A stretch of DNA of 64,000 nt from Terriglobia bacterium (lineage in GTDB: Bacteria; Acidobacteriota; Terriglobia; UBA7540), in NCBI GenBank assembly GCA_035578005.1, contig DATJYK010000085.1, positions 9,875-73,874 of the forward strand, in the 5' to 3' direction. Below, piece after piece: positions 10,004 to 19,705 of the stretch. How positions within the stretch are numbered: position 1 is the first letter of the stretch; each line of letters starts with the position of its first letter. A model generated the notes under the pieces. The model did not search any database. It was not told where the DNA came from and worked only from the letters and a program-made list of their open reading frames with translations. A program made the translations under genes and the position numbers.

Positions 10004-10888
10004 ATGAACATCGCGCGCATTGTCTGTCCGGTGGATTTTTCCGAGTATTCGGGAAGAGCCTACGATTACGCCTATTCTCTCGCCAAGCATTACGGCGCCA
10101 AGCTTCTTGTCGAGCACGTCGTGCAGCCGCTGCAGGCTGCATATCCTTACTACGCGTTTCCCGAAGCCACTCTGCAGGACACGTGGTCTCAGCTCAGCAC
10201 TGACGCCGAAAAGGGCCTTCAAGAGCTGGTCAAGGCGCACACACGGAATGGATTGCAGCCGGAGTGCGTCATCCGGCAGGGCTTCCCCTGGGAATCGATT
10301 CTTAGTTTTGCCGAAGAGCGCTCTGCTGACCTGATCGTGATGGGCACGCACGGCCGCCGCGGCCTTGACCGGCTTACGATGGGATCAGTTACTGAGCGCG
10401 TGCTGCGCAAGGCGCACTGCCCTGTGCTGGCGGTGCGCAAGCCCGCCCATGACTTTGTAGAACCCGACAGCACGTCCGATTGCGTTCACCTGCGCAAGAT
10501 CCTCCTCTGCACCGACTTCTCCGATCACGCCGCGCGGGCCTTGAGCTATGCGTTCTCGCTGGCCATGGAATACAACGCGGAGCTCACGCTGCTCCATGTA
10601 CTCGAAGATTCCGACAGCGAAAAGGTCCTGCAGGATGCGACGGCGAAGGCGGTGAAAGAGCTCGAGAAACTGGTTCCAGCGGATATCCCGAACTGGTGCA
10701 CGGTGAAGTCGCTGGTGCGCACCGGCAAGCCTTATCAGGAAATCGTTCAGCTCGCCCAGGAGGAGCAAGCCGACTTAATCATCGTCGGCGTCCGTGGCCG
10801 CAACGCTGTCGATTTGGCCCTCTTTGGATCAACCACCTATCGGGTGATTCAGTTGGGCTCCTGTCCGGTGCTGGCGGTTCACATCTGA
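10004..10888 (+). CDS. tandem universal stress protein (two UspA domains)
   Basis: Two repeats of the Usp ATP-binding C-terminal motif: LIVMGTHGRRGLDRLTMGSVTERVLRKAHCPVLAV and LIIVGVRGRNAVDLALFGSTTYRVIQLGSCPVLAV. Confidence 0.85.
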   Translation: MNIARIVCPVDFSEYSGRAYDYAYSLAKHYGAKLLVEHVVQPLQAAYPYYAFPEATLQDTWSQLSTDAEKGLQELVKAHTRNGLQPECVIRQGFPWESILSFAEERSADLIVMGTHGRRGLDRLTMGSVTERVLRKAHCPVLAVRKPAHDFVEPDSTSDCVHLRKILLCTDFSDHAARALSYAFSLAMEYNAELTLLHVLEDSDSEKVLQDATAKAVKELEKLVPADIPNWCTVKSLVRTGKPYQEIVQLAQEEQADLIIVGVRGRNAVDLALFGSTTYRVIQLGSCPVLAVHI

Positions 10889-11020
10889 TCAGGTTAGATC
10901 AGCGGAGGTGGAGCAATGAGCCGGTGAGCCAATGGAATGACTCATTGACCCGGTTCATTGACTCATCGATTGATGGAGCGTTCCCTCTGCGGCAAGTGTC
11001 AGGGTGAGAGAGATCCCGGG

Positions 11021-12673
11021 TTACACTTCACCGCGGCGCGCAGCCGCGCCGATCCGGTCGGCGGCGCGGAAGGCTAGCGCTTGGATCGTCATCGTAGGCT
11101 GGCCACGACCGGAAGTCACAAAGCTGCTCCCATCGCAGAGAAAGAGATTGGGCACGTCATGCGTGCGGTGGTCGGCATTGACTACCGATAACTTGGGGTC
11201 ATTGCCCATGCGGCAGGTTCCCAGCAGATGCACGGCGTGCGTCTGTTCCCGAATGGGCCGCACCCATACTTTGCTGGCCCGTGAAACGGCCAACAATTCG
11301 AGCGCGCGATCCTGCAGGTATTTCACGGTCTTGAGATCATCGGGATGATCCTTGTAAGTCATGCACAACGCTGGCAGGCCCCAGGCGTCCTTCAGGTCAG
11401 GGTCAAGCGAAAAGCTGTTGGCTTCCACGGGCAGTGAGGTGGCGTGGCTCGACACGAACATGCTGTGTGAAAAAGATTCGGCAAGCCAGCGCTTGTAGGC
11501 CGTGCCCCACCGTGGAACCTCTGTGGGAACGGAATTCACTGCGTAACCCATGGGAGTCTGCCCGAAGCGCGCGTCGAGTCCGCCGCCACCATAGAAACCC
11601 AGCTTGGGATCAATTTCGTAAAAGTCATGGAGCACGCGGCCCACGGCAGCGCCTTTGTATTCGTTCAGCGGTTCGTCGAAGGTGGCGAGCACTGTACTGA
11701 AACCGTTGACCATCAGGTATTTTCCTACGAACCCGCTGGAGTTCGCGAGGCCGTCAGGAAAGCGGGACGAAGCGGAAAGCAGCAGCAGGCGCGGCGTCTC
11801 CGCGCCGTTGGCGGAAAGGATCACCGCACGCGCCTTCTGGAAGTGCTGCCGGCGTTGGCGATCAAAATAGGCGACGCCCGTCGCCCGGCCGTGGTGATCA
11901 GTCTCCACCTTGAACGCGTAGCTTTCGGTGCGGATTTCGCAGCGGCCGGTCTGCTGCGCCAGGGGAATCATGCTGGCCAGCGAACTGGACTTCGCTCCCA
12001 CTTCGCAACCGAAACCCAAACAACGGCCGCAGTAAATGCAACCCGCCCGCCCACGGTAAGGCTGGGAAAGAATGGCCATGGGCGCAGGGAACGGATGCCA
12101 GCCCATCTTCCAGGCTGCACGCTCAAAGATGACTCCCGACGACTTCACCGGCAGCGGCGGTATGGGATAAGGTTTCGATCGATAGGGGTCGAAGGGGCTG
12201 GCCCCTGCGAGACCCGACACGCCCACTTCCCACTCGACTTTGGTGTAGTACGGCTCCATGTCCGTGTAGGTGATCGGCCAATCGGCAAATGCCGTGCCCG
12301 CCACCGGCCCGCGGTGGCTGCGCTCGATAAAGTCGATTTCGTGAAACCGCCAGTAATTCGCCGTGAAGTGCACCGAGCCGCCGCCCACGCAGCGTCCGTA
12401 GATGGCCGAGAACTGCTTTTGGGCCTTGTCCTGAGGCGTCTTCCGGAAGGTTTGCGGCGAGAGGTCAGGCTTGTTCGTTAAGGCGTGTTCCTGGCTTTGG
12501 GCAATTTCATCGTGGCCAAAACTGCTCGGGGGAATGTAAGGACCTTGCTCCAGCACCACCACTGAGAAGCCCGCGGTGGAAAGCTCCTTGGCTAAAACGC
12601 CGCCCGCCGAGCCCGAACCCACGATGACGAAATCAACCTTGTGCGACGGTTTGTAGGCCACCTGGGGGGGCAT
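11021..12673 (-). CDS. GMC-family FAD-dependent oxidoreductase
   Basis: N-terminal Rossmann motif DFVIVGSGSAGGVLAKELS; 550 aa with the C-terminal GMC region. It is paired with a gluconate-2-dehydrogenase subunit-3-like gene immediately upstream. Confidence 0.85.
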   Translation of the reverse strand: MPPQVAYKPSHKVDFVIVGSGSAGGVLAKELSTAGFSVVVLEQGPYIPPSSFGHDEIAQSQEHALTNKPDLSPQTFRKTPQDKAQKQFSAIYGRCVGGGSVHFTANYWRFHEIDFIERSHRGPVAGTAFADWPITYTDMEPYYTKVEWEVGVSGLAGASPFDPYRSKPYPIPPLPVKSSGVIFERAAWKMGWHPFPAPMAILSQPYRGRAGCIYCGRCLGFGCEVGAKSSSLASMIPLAQQTGRCEIRTESYAFKVETDHHGRATGVAYFDRQRRQHFQKARAVILSANGAETPRLLLLSASSRFPDGLANSSGFVGKYLMVNGFSTVLATFDEPLNEYKGAAVGRVLHDFYEIDPKLGFYGGGGLDARFGQTPMGYAVNSVPTEVPRWGTAYKRWLAESFSHSMFVSSHATSLPVEANSFSLDPDLKDAWGLPALCMTYKDHPDDLKTVKYLQDRALELLAVSRASKVWVRPIREQTHAVHLLGTCRMGNDPKLSVVNADHRTHDVPNLFLCDGSSFVTSGRGQPTMTIQALAFRAADRIGAAARRGEV

Positions 12674-13315
12674 TTACGTTTTTCCCTCCTGCTTCGGCGG
12701 CGGCTGCCAGCCGCGATAATCGCGGTCATAGTATCCGAACGGCGGAGTGAACGCGGGGCTGCTATCAAAGCCGATCAGCTTCCAGCCCACCCCGTCGCGG
12801 TTCCCGCCGCGCATCGGGTCTGATAGAAAACCCATCACGGTATGGCTGCGAACCAGTTCGAAGAATGGCTGCTCATCGAGCGCCTTGAGCACAGCGTCCT
12901 GTTGTTCAGGCGCGGCTTCGGAGAATCTTTGGACGCTCGGAAACAGCTCGCGGGTCTTCGCTTCGAAAACAGGCAGGCCCTTCTGATAGTCGGCGAGACT
13001 CTCGGTTGCGAAGGTGGTGAGCGCGCGGTCGATGAAGTAGATCACGCCCGCTTCTCGCGCACCCGGAGAATCGTCGGTTGGAATAATGCGGGCAGCGATG
13101 GCTTCCACAGCCGCAGCCTGCTCTGCTGTGAGAGCTTCGAGTTGGGGGGGTACCGCGGCTTTGGCCGCTTGGGCGGCGTGCTCGGCGGCTGCCATCACGG
13201 CCGGCCAGTTCAGTGTGATCCAGGCCGTGCCTGCGCCGGACAGGCTGGACAGCAGGAAGCGGCGGCGGTCAGGTTCGTTCCCGGGTTCGGAGGTCATAGT
13301 CTTATCACCGATCAA
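12674..13315 (-). CDS. gluconate 2-dehydrogenase subunit 3 family protein (Tat-exported)
   Basis: Twin-arginine motif DRRRFLLSSLSGAGTA. The size and Ala-rich N-terminal half are typical of the small partner subunit. Its stop abuts the GMC start, which suggests translational coupling. Confidence 0.7.
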   Translation of the reverse strand: MIGDKTMTSEPGNEPDRRRFLLSSLSGAGTAWITLNWPAVMAAAEHAAQAAKAAVPPQLEALTAEQAAAVEAIAARIIPTDDSPGAREAGVIYFIDRALTTFATESLADYQKGLPVFEAKTRELFPSVQRFSEAAPEQQDAVLKALDEQPFFELVRSHTVMGFLSDPMRGGNRDGVGWKLIGFDSSPAFTPPFGYYDRDYRGWQPPPKQEGKT

Positions 13316-13845
13316 AGCAAGTTTGAGTTAAGGTGTTCTACATCATAGATATACTGGGTTTAGCAAATAACATATTTATAATCAATGACATACTGGGTTC
13401 GTTCGGAAGTCGCGTTGATTCTAAAGGAGTCTTAGGCTTCGATCGTCGTTTTTTGACAAAGGCCGCAAGGCGCCTTGGTAATGCTGCCACGTGCCACAAC
13501 TAGGGACGCCACCGACGTCCCACCCTCGAGCGCGCGTTCTCGAGTCACTGATTGTACGCCGAGCAGCGTCGACGGCGGAAGAGACATGGAGATAGAAACC
13601 ATAAAGAGTTAGTGCCATATCTTTAACCCAGACGGCAAGCAAAAAACGGACGGTGCACCTAAACTGCACGGGCCGCTGCGCAGACGCATTGTTTAAAGGG
13701 CACAGTTGGGCGCCCTTTGCACATTTCTTCAATGAGGAGAGGAGGTGTGAATGAATTCGAAGTAGTCGCCTGCAGCGGCGGTCTTGACCGCCGCCACTCG
13801 GATTCGACAGGTTCGGCAGTCATGGCCGCCGCCCACAGCCGGATG

Positions 13846-15537
13846 TTAGTTCCCTCCGGCGATGCCGGCCGGTTGCAGACGGGACTGCTTGGGCCCGCGC
13901 TTCGAAGAGCCACCGGCGCCGTTTCCGATCGGCCTCAGCTCGATCGCTGGTACTACCGCCAGGGTGGGAATTTCGAGATAGAATTCAACGTCGCGCTCGT
14001 CACGGAGAGCTTTGTCACGGAGCTCGAGAATAAATGCCACGACTACGCCGATAGCAAGGCCGGCCCCCAAGCCGCCGAGCAGGAATTGCCACCACACGGG
14101 AAACGATGGGGCCAAAGGCAGGCTCGGTGAATCCAGCAGGTGGAACTCTTCGCCTTGCCCGTTGCTCTGGGCGTTCGCGGTCATTTGAGATTGGTTTTGG
14201 CTGGCGAGCAGGGTATCGTAAAACTTCAGCGCAGCGTCATGTCCCAGATTAAGCTGTTTGTAGGCCTCTTCCACCAGCGGGCTCACCCCAACGCGGCCCT
14301 CGTAGGCTTTCACTTGCTCCTGAAGCCGGGCTTGCTCCTTGGTCCTCTGCTGGATCAAGTTGTCGTCTTGTTTGAGGCGGGCGCGCAATTCTTGAATGGA
14401 CGTCGGAACGAGTGCAGGGTTGCCAGCCTCTTCTGTTTCCTGACCGGGCGCCGTCTTGGCAGAGGCGGCCTGTCCGCCTGCAGGCTCGTAGGCGGTGCCG
14501 GGAGCGGGCCCCTGCGTGGCAGGCTTCTTGTCGCCTGATTTGGGTCCCGCCGCCTTTTGGGCGTCGATCTGCTGCTGTAGTTGCGCGATATCCCCTTTTA
14601 ATTTCACGACGTCGGGATAATCATCCGTATAACGGCCCTGAAGGAGGGCGAGGCTGTCCTTCATTTTGTTGAGCTGTTCTTGAAGCGTAGGTACTTGGGC
14701 GGCGGGTTGGTCGCCGTTCTGCACCGCGTGCCAGGTCGCTTCCTGCTGGGTCAGCAAGGACTGCTCATAAGTCTTGTCGAGTTGAGCCCGGCTTATTTGA
14801 TCGGTCACCGCCGCGAGTTGGGTACTCAGTGTGGCCAGCACCTGAAGGTTCGCCTGCTGGTCACCCGGCAGGGAACCCAGGTTCTTGCGCTTGAAATCCT
14901 CCATCTTCTGATCTTGTTCGTCGAGCGCGCGCTTGGCGTCGGCCAACGAATTTGACAGGAATTGTGCCGTACCCTTGGCCATGTTTTCGTTTTGCTGGAG
15001 GTCCTCAGTGATGAACATTGAGGTCAACTCGCTGGTGACCTGCTGGGCCAGATGCGCAGTATCGGCGGTGTAACCGATGCTGAAGCCCGGCAGAGGCAAC
15101 TCCTTGCCGGAGGTTTTCAGCATATTTCCCCCGAGCATGACGGGCTTGATTTCAATAACCTTACGCATGGCTTCGACAGCGTCTTCCATCGACTTCTTTC
15201 GCTCACTCTTGAACAAGTCGTAGCGCTCAATGAGGGGCTGCAGCCGCGTGCGGCTTTCGATGCGCTCCTGCATGGTGGCGAGCCTTACCAACAGATCATC
15301 GGGGTGAGACGATTGGATGAGATCCTCAGGAATCGTGGGCCGCTCGTCGAGAATCAGGCTGGTGGAGGTGTACTGCGCCGGGATAAACAACGTAATGGCA
15401 AAGCCGACGATGGCTCCTGCGATAGCCGGCAGCACAATCAGGCGCAACCGGCGCCGCAGAATGTTGGCGTAATCGTCGAAGCTCATCTCTCGATTCCCGA
15501 TCATAAAGACCTCGTATTGATCTGTTGCCGGGACCAA
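13846..15537 (-). CDS. polysaccharide chain-length determinant / Wzz-GumC-like exopolysaccharide transport protein (no kinase domain)
   Basis: N-terminal TM helix LIVLPAIAGAIVGFAITLF, a long coiled-coil periplasmic region rich in Q/L/A, and a second TM helix near the C-terminus (FLLGGLGAGLAIGVVVAFIL). No Walker motifs. Confidence 0.7.
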   Translation of the reverse strand: MVPATDQYEVFMIGNREMSFDDYANILRRRLRLIVLPAIAGAIVGFAITLFIPAQYTSTSLILDERPTIPEDLIQSSHPDDLLVRLATMQERIESRTRLQPLIERYDLFKSERKKSMEDAVEAMRKVIEIKPVMLGGNMLKTSGKELPLPGFSIGYTADTAHLAQQVTSELTSMFITEDLQQNENMAKGTAQFLSNSLADAKRALDEQDQKMEDFKRKNLGSLPGDQQANLQVLATLSTQLAAVTDQISRAQLDKTYEQSLLTQQEATWHAVQNGDQPAAQVPTLQEQLNKMKDSLALLQGRYTDDYPDVVKLKGDIAQLQQQIDAQKAAGPKSGDKKPATQGPAPGTAYEPAGGQAASAKTAPGQETEEAGNPALVPTSIQELRARLKQDDNLIQQRTKEQARLQEQVKAYEGRVGVSPLVEEAYKQLNLGHDAALKFYDTLLASQNQSQMTANAQSNGQGEEFHLLDSPSLPLAPSFPVWWQFLLGGLGAGLAIGVVVAFILELRDKALRDERDVEFYLEIPTLAVVPAIELRPIGNGAGGSSKRGPKQSRLQPAGIAGGN

Positions 15538-15635
15538 AGCAGTCAGAACTTGCTGACTGCCGGCCTAGCTCTGCAGAAACCTCTTCTTGCCTGACGACCT
15601 TCCCAATCGTCTTCTGCCGTTCCGTCCGCTAGCAG

Positions 15636-15761
15636 CATGATGAAAAACGGCGTACGATTCATGTCATTTCGAGCGCAGCGAGAAATCTCGCTCTGACAAG
15701 AGAAGACTTACGAGATTTCTCGCTGCGCTCGAAATGACATGAATCGGGTTTTTCATCATCC
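15636..15761. repeat. palindromic MITE-like repeat, family A, copy 1 (core GTCATTTCGAGCGCAGCGAGAAATCTCGCTCTGA)
   Basis: The ~125-bp element is a near-perfect palindrome with terminal ATGATGAAAAAC / GTTTTTCATCAT arms. It lies in the wzz-wza intergenic space. Confidence 0.85.
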
Positions 15762-15767
15762 TGCCCA

Positions 15768-16406
15768 CTAGGGAACCACAATTGTGTCGCCGGGCCGTAA
15801 TTCGATGTTCTGATCCTGGCTTTTGCCCTTCACCACGTCCTTGTAGTTGAAGGGGTACTTCACCTGTTTACCGCCTTCATCCCGTAAGACATAGATCTTC
15901 TTGGGGTTCGCAAAGGGCGTAAAGCCGCCGGCGCCGGATAAGCCCTGCAGCACGGTCATACCTGGAACCAAAGGGTAAGTGCCTCCGCGTGTTACCTCGC
16001 CCATCACGTAAAAGCGCTGACTATTGACCTCAGTCACCATAACGGTGACCTGCGGCTCGGAGATGAACTTCTTAAGCCTCTGCGTCAGGTCGGCGGTCAG
16101 AGCCCCGGCAGTGAGGCCGGAGGCCTGTATGTCATTCACGAGGGGAAGCGAGACCTTGCCGTCAGGACGGACAGGAATCGTCTTGCTGACTTCAGGCTCT
16201 TTCCACACCTGAATGTCGAGAACATCCCCAGGCTGTATGACATAACTCGGTGTCAGGCCAGCCGCTGGCGAGGGCGAAGCCTCCTTTTCAGAAGCTGCCG
16301 TTTGCCCGGCCGGTTGCGCGGATTGCGCTGCGACAGCGAGCGCCGCGAGAGGCGCCAACCAAAGCGCTGCCACAGCCAAAGCAACCGTGGTTAACCTTAC
16401 CTTCAT
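15768..16406 (-). CDS. polysaccharide export protein (Wza-like, SLBB domain)
   Basis: Signal peptide, then the YVIQPGDVLDIQVW motif typical of the polysaccharide-export N-domain, and GDTIVVP at the C-terminus. Confidence 0.8.
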   Translation of the reverse strand: MKVRLTTVALAVAALWLAPLAALAVAAQSAQPAGQTAASEKEASPSPAAGLTPSYVIQPGDVLDIQVWKEPEVSKTIPVRPDGKVSLPLVNDIQASGLTAGALTADLTQRLKKFISEPQVTVMVTEVNSQRFYVMGEVTRGGTYPLVPGMTVLQGLSGAGGFTPFANPKKIYVLRDEGGKQVKYPFNYKDVVKGKSQDQNIELRPGDTIVVP

Positions 16407-16709
16407 GCCAGATCTCCTTGCGAGCTATCGGCGGATGAGCGGTGAACTTGAGAGGCGGCCGTCGTGAACGCTGAAGATACTACTCCCAATCACAGCATTC
16501 TAATGCTAGCAGAGCCAGGCGCGTGCCGCAATTCAAAACTGGGGACGAGCCCTTCTATTATCTTATTTTATAATCCGTTAACGTGCCTGAACGCTATAGC
16601 TCTGTGCTGGATGATTAAGTCAACTTAAGTTATTTTAAATAAGATAGATCATCCAACGGCACTCAGAGGCTGTTCTTCGTCATACCGATCGTCTTCGTGC
16701 GCCCGGCGC

Positions 16710-18848
16710 TCATGGCTTTCCATATTTGTCCAGCCACTTCAGCTCTTCACGCACCTTGATCTTACCGTGCCACGGATTCTTGCTCAGGGGATGGCCCTCG
16801 CCCGGGAAAATCAGCAGGGCGGTGGGAATGCCTCGCATGTAAAGCGCGCGTTCCAGCAGGTAGTCCTCGCCGACGTAAACGCGGATATCGTCCGCTCCGC
16901 CCACCACGTGGGTAGGAGTGGTGACTTTGTCGAACTGCCAGATGGCGGCTTCGGCGTTGTAGTTCTGTTTGGCCTTCCAGGGCACGCCGCCGAGGAAGTA
17001 GGCGTCGTCAAAAGTGGTATCGTCGTTGCCCCAGTTGGCAACATGTTCCACCGCGCCGGCGCCGGAGACAGCAGCCTTAAAGCGCGAGGTCTGGGTGATA
17101 AGCCAGTTGGTCATGTAGCCGCCGTAGCTGTAACCGCCCACCGTAAGATGGCCGGGGTCAGCCGTGCCGTCGTGAACAAGCTGATCGACTCCCTCAAGAA
17201 TGTCCTTCCCGGGTCGCGAGACGATGGGACCGATAACGCCCAGCGTGAAGGCGTCGCCGTATCCGGTTGAGCCGCGGTAGTTGGGCTCAAACACCAGCCA
17301 GCCGTCGGTGGCGGCGAGGCCTGCCCACTGGTACCAGTCCGCCTCAAAGTGGTTGCCATCGGCGTCTGCGGGACCGCCATGGATCAGCGTAAACATCGGC
17401 AGGTGAGTGGTGCCGAATTTTCCGGGAGGATAGATCAGCATGCCTTCCACGGTGACGCCGTCGTCAGCCTTCCAGCGATACGGCTTGCCCTGGGGAAGCG
17501 CCCGCGAGGTGAAAAGACGGTTGAAGGCCGTGATAGGCCGGGCCTCGTCCAGCTCATCGGGGCTATCCGCGAGGTACACTTCCGACGGCTGCTGCAGCGA
17601 TGAATAGACAAAAGCCACGCGGCTGGAATCCTTGGCTGCTGCCAGGGTTTCGTACGCGCCGGGCTGGCCGGGACGGCGTGAAAGCGGCGCGGAGCTATCC
17701 TCCTGCGTGTAAGGCTGAACCTCCGTGCCGAGTCCGCCTGCTATCAGCAGCCCGCCGTGAGGTAACACAGCGTAATCTGCCAGCGCACCTTCGAAATCCC
17801 TGCCCCAACGCAGGTGCGCCTTGACAGGCGCGTCCTTCGGGCCCGAGGCCTCCGCGATGTTCACCGAATAGACGCGCGGCTGCACGTCCTGGTAAGGACC
17901 CTCCACGGAGCCGTTCACGCAGGAGAAGAACACGCGCCGGCTGTCCGGCGACCACGCCAGATTGTCATAAATGGCCTGCGTGTGGCTCAGCAGGCGCACG
18001 GTGCCAGAGGGCAGCTCGACCAGGTCGATATTGTAAGCGTCGAGAGACTCCTGCCGCTCCGATCGGGAGTCCGTATTGAAAGCGAGATAGTGTCCGTCGG
18101 GTGAGGCGGTTAGCTGCTTCACGCGCCACGGCGTGGTGCACACCGTTCGCGGCTTCTGGCCCTTATCGCCCGGCGCCGGCGAGGTGGCGGCGCTCAGAAC
18201 GTCCGCCAAGTCAATCTTGAAGATGCTATCGCCGCGTTCCGATTCGCGGAATTGAATCACGTCTTTCCACTGTTTCTTGTAAGCTTCTTCCTCCTCGGTA
18301 CTCCTCGGCGTGAGCGTGGCGAAATAGATGGAACGCGAGTCGGCCGACCACGCGAAGGCATGCACATCCTCCTTGCCCTGCGTCAGCGGAAAGGCCTCGC
18401 CGCCGTCGGCAGCAATCACCCAGACTTGGCCCGCAGGATCGTCCTCATCGTCCTTCTCGGCTGCCGGCGCCTGCGGGCTCGACCCCGGCGCCACCCTGTC
18501 CGAGATGAAGCCCACCCAGCGGCCGTCAGGCGACCACTGAGGCTCAGAATCGTGCCCCGACTGAGTCAGCCGGACGAGGCCCGCCGAGGCCGCCGGGCCC
18601 GCCGGCGCCTGGCCGCCACCGCCATCACGATACAGCCACAGGTCAGTGCGGAAACGGTTCCGGTCCCAATCGGCGCGAGTGGTCTGGATCACGACTGCGT
18701 GGCCGTCAGGAGAAAGAGCCACCGTGTTGAATTCAGTTGAGTTGAAGAATTCGTCGAGGGTGAGGGGCGGCTTATCGGCGCCGTTAAGGCTCGGAGCCAC
18801 GGCGAGACAAGCCAGCAGAAACGCAAGTCGGGCAAAGGGCTGGGGCAT
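16710..18848 (-). CDS. S9 family serine peptidase (prolyl oligopeptidase / acylaminoacyl-peptidase) with N-terminal beta-propeller
   Basis: Signal peptide, WSPDGRW/FSPDGHY propeller repeats, the catalytic Ser motif GGYSYGGYMT, and the downstream Asp/His region. Confidence 0.85.
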   Translation of the reverse strand: MPQPFARLAFLLACLAVAPSLNGADKPPLTLDEFFNSTEFNTVALSPDGHAVVIQTTRADWDRNRFRTDLWLYRDGGGGQAPAGPAASAGLVRLTQSGHDSEPQWSPDGRWVGFISDRVAPGSSPQAPAAEKDDEDDPAGQVWVIAADGGEAFPLTQGKEDVHAFAWSADSRSIYFATLTPRSTEEEEAYKKQWKDVIQFRESERGDSIFKIDLADVLSAATSPAPGDKGQKPRTVCTTPWRVKQLTASPDGHYLAFNTDSRSERQESLDAYNIDLVELPSGTVRLLSHTQAIYDNLAWSPDSRRVFFSCVNGSVEGPYQDVQPRVYSVNIAEASGPKDAPVKAHLRWGRDFEGALADYAVLPHGGLLIAGGLGTEVQPYTQEDSSAPLSRRPGQPGAYETLAAAKDSSRVAFVYSSLQQPSEVYLADSPDELDEARPITAFNRLFTSRALPQGKPYRWKADDGVTVEGMLIYPPGKFGTTHLPMFTLIHGGPADADGNHFEADWYQWAGLAATDGWLVFEPNYRGSTGYGDAFTLGVIGPIVSRPGKDILEGVDQLVHDGTADPGHLTVGGYSYGGYMTNWLITQTSRFKAAVSGAGAVEHVANWGNDDTTFDDAYFLGGVPWKAKQNYNAEAAIWQFDKVTTPTHVVGGADDIRVYVGEDYLLERALYMRGIPTALLIFPGEGHPLSKNPWHGKIKVREELKWLDKYGKP

Positions 18849-18937
18849 AGGCCTTCAGATTGACGATTTTCGATTGACGATTGCGGGCAATGGTTTCTGT
18901 GGTTGCCCTCTAGACTAGACTGAACTAGGCTAGCAGT

Positions 18938-19060
18938 ATGATGAAAAACCCGATTCGTGTCATTTCGAGCGCAGCGATAAATCTCGCTCTGAAAGGAGAA
19001 GACTTACGAGATTTATCGCTGCGCTCGAAATGACACGAATCGTACGCCGTCTTTCATCAC
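18938..19060. repeat. family A repeat, copy 2 (about 90% identical to copy 1, opposite internal orientation)
   Basis: ATGATGAAAAACCCGATTCGTGTCATTTCGAGCGCAGCGATAAATCTCGCTCTGA...TCATCAC, seen directly. Confidence 0.85.
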
Positions 19061-19161
19061 GCTGCTACAATCTCCGGCTGCTAGATCACGGGGTCGAGGC
19101 CGCTAAAGAGTCGCCCTTTCCCTCACTCAATCGGCAATCGGCAATCGAAAATCGGCAATAG

Positions 19162-19506
19162 TCAGAGTTTCTGGTTCACAGGGCTCACGCCGGAGGTGGG
19201 CCAGGCGTAGTCCTTAAACTCGCCCGTGTAATCGAAGCCACCCAGGGGAATCGACTTTTCCGCGGCCGCCGGAATGCCGGTGCGGCGCACGGCCGCAAGC
19301 ACTTCCGCCTCATGAATGCGCGAGGCGTCGTATTCAATCACCAGGTCATCGCCCTCGAAATCGATTTTGCGAATTCCGTAGTGCGTTGAAAGCGTGCTCA
19401 GCCGTTCGAGTTCCTCGCTGGTGAGGCTGCGCGCGAGGCGGTAACGCGTGTCAAGAAAAGTCATGGCAGGGATGCCCTCCAAGCCCAAAAGCATAGCACA
19501 ACGCAT
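19162..19506 (-). CDS. hypothetical protein (start uncertain; possibly the MTFLDT Met at 19464)
   Basis: Protein-like composition and a GGAGGG Shine-Dalgarno ahead of the internal Met. No recognisable domain. Confidence 0.4.
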   Translation of the reverse strand: MRCAMLLGLEGIPAMTFLDTRYRLARSLTSEELERLSTLSTHYGIRKIDFEGDDLVIEYDASRIHEAEVLAAVRRTGIPAAAEKSIPLGGFDYTGEFKDYAWPTSGVSPVNQKL

Positions 19507-19705
19507 TGGGAGGGCGCCGCGTTAGCAACCCGTTACGCCTCTGCCGTTCCCGCGCGAATCCCTTTCGCCGAAACCGTGGGCGGTAGCAGGGGGTGTGTTA
19601 TCAACCGTGGGGAGTGTTCTGGGAGTTAATTGACAGCAGCATCCGTCGGCGGTAGCCTGTTCGAGTTTTACATAATTTTGCGGGCAAGAGCCGGTCGGTT
19701 AATGT

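Noticed and set aside
11627-12481. 284-aa plus-strand ORF inside the GMC oxidoreductase gene
   Set aside because: It is antisense to a gene with strong family motifs. The high-GC antisense frame is Arg/Ala-rich and low-complexity.
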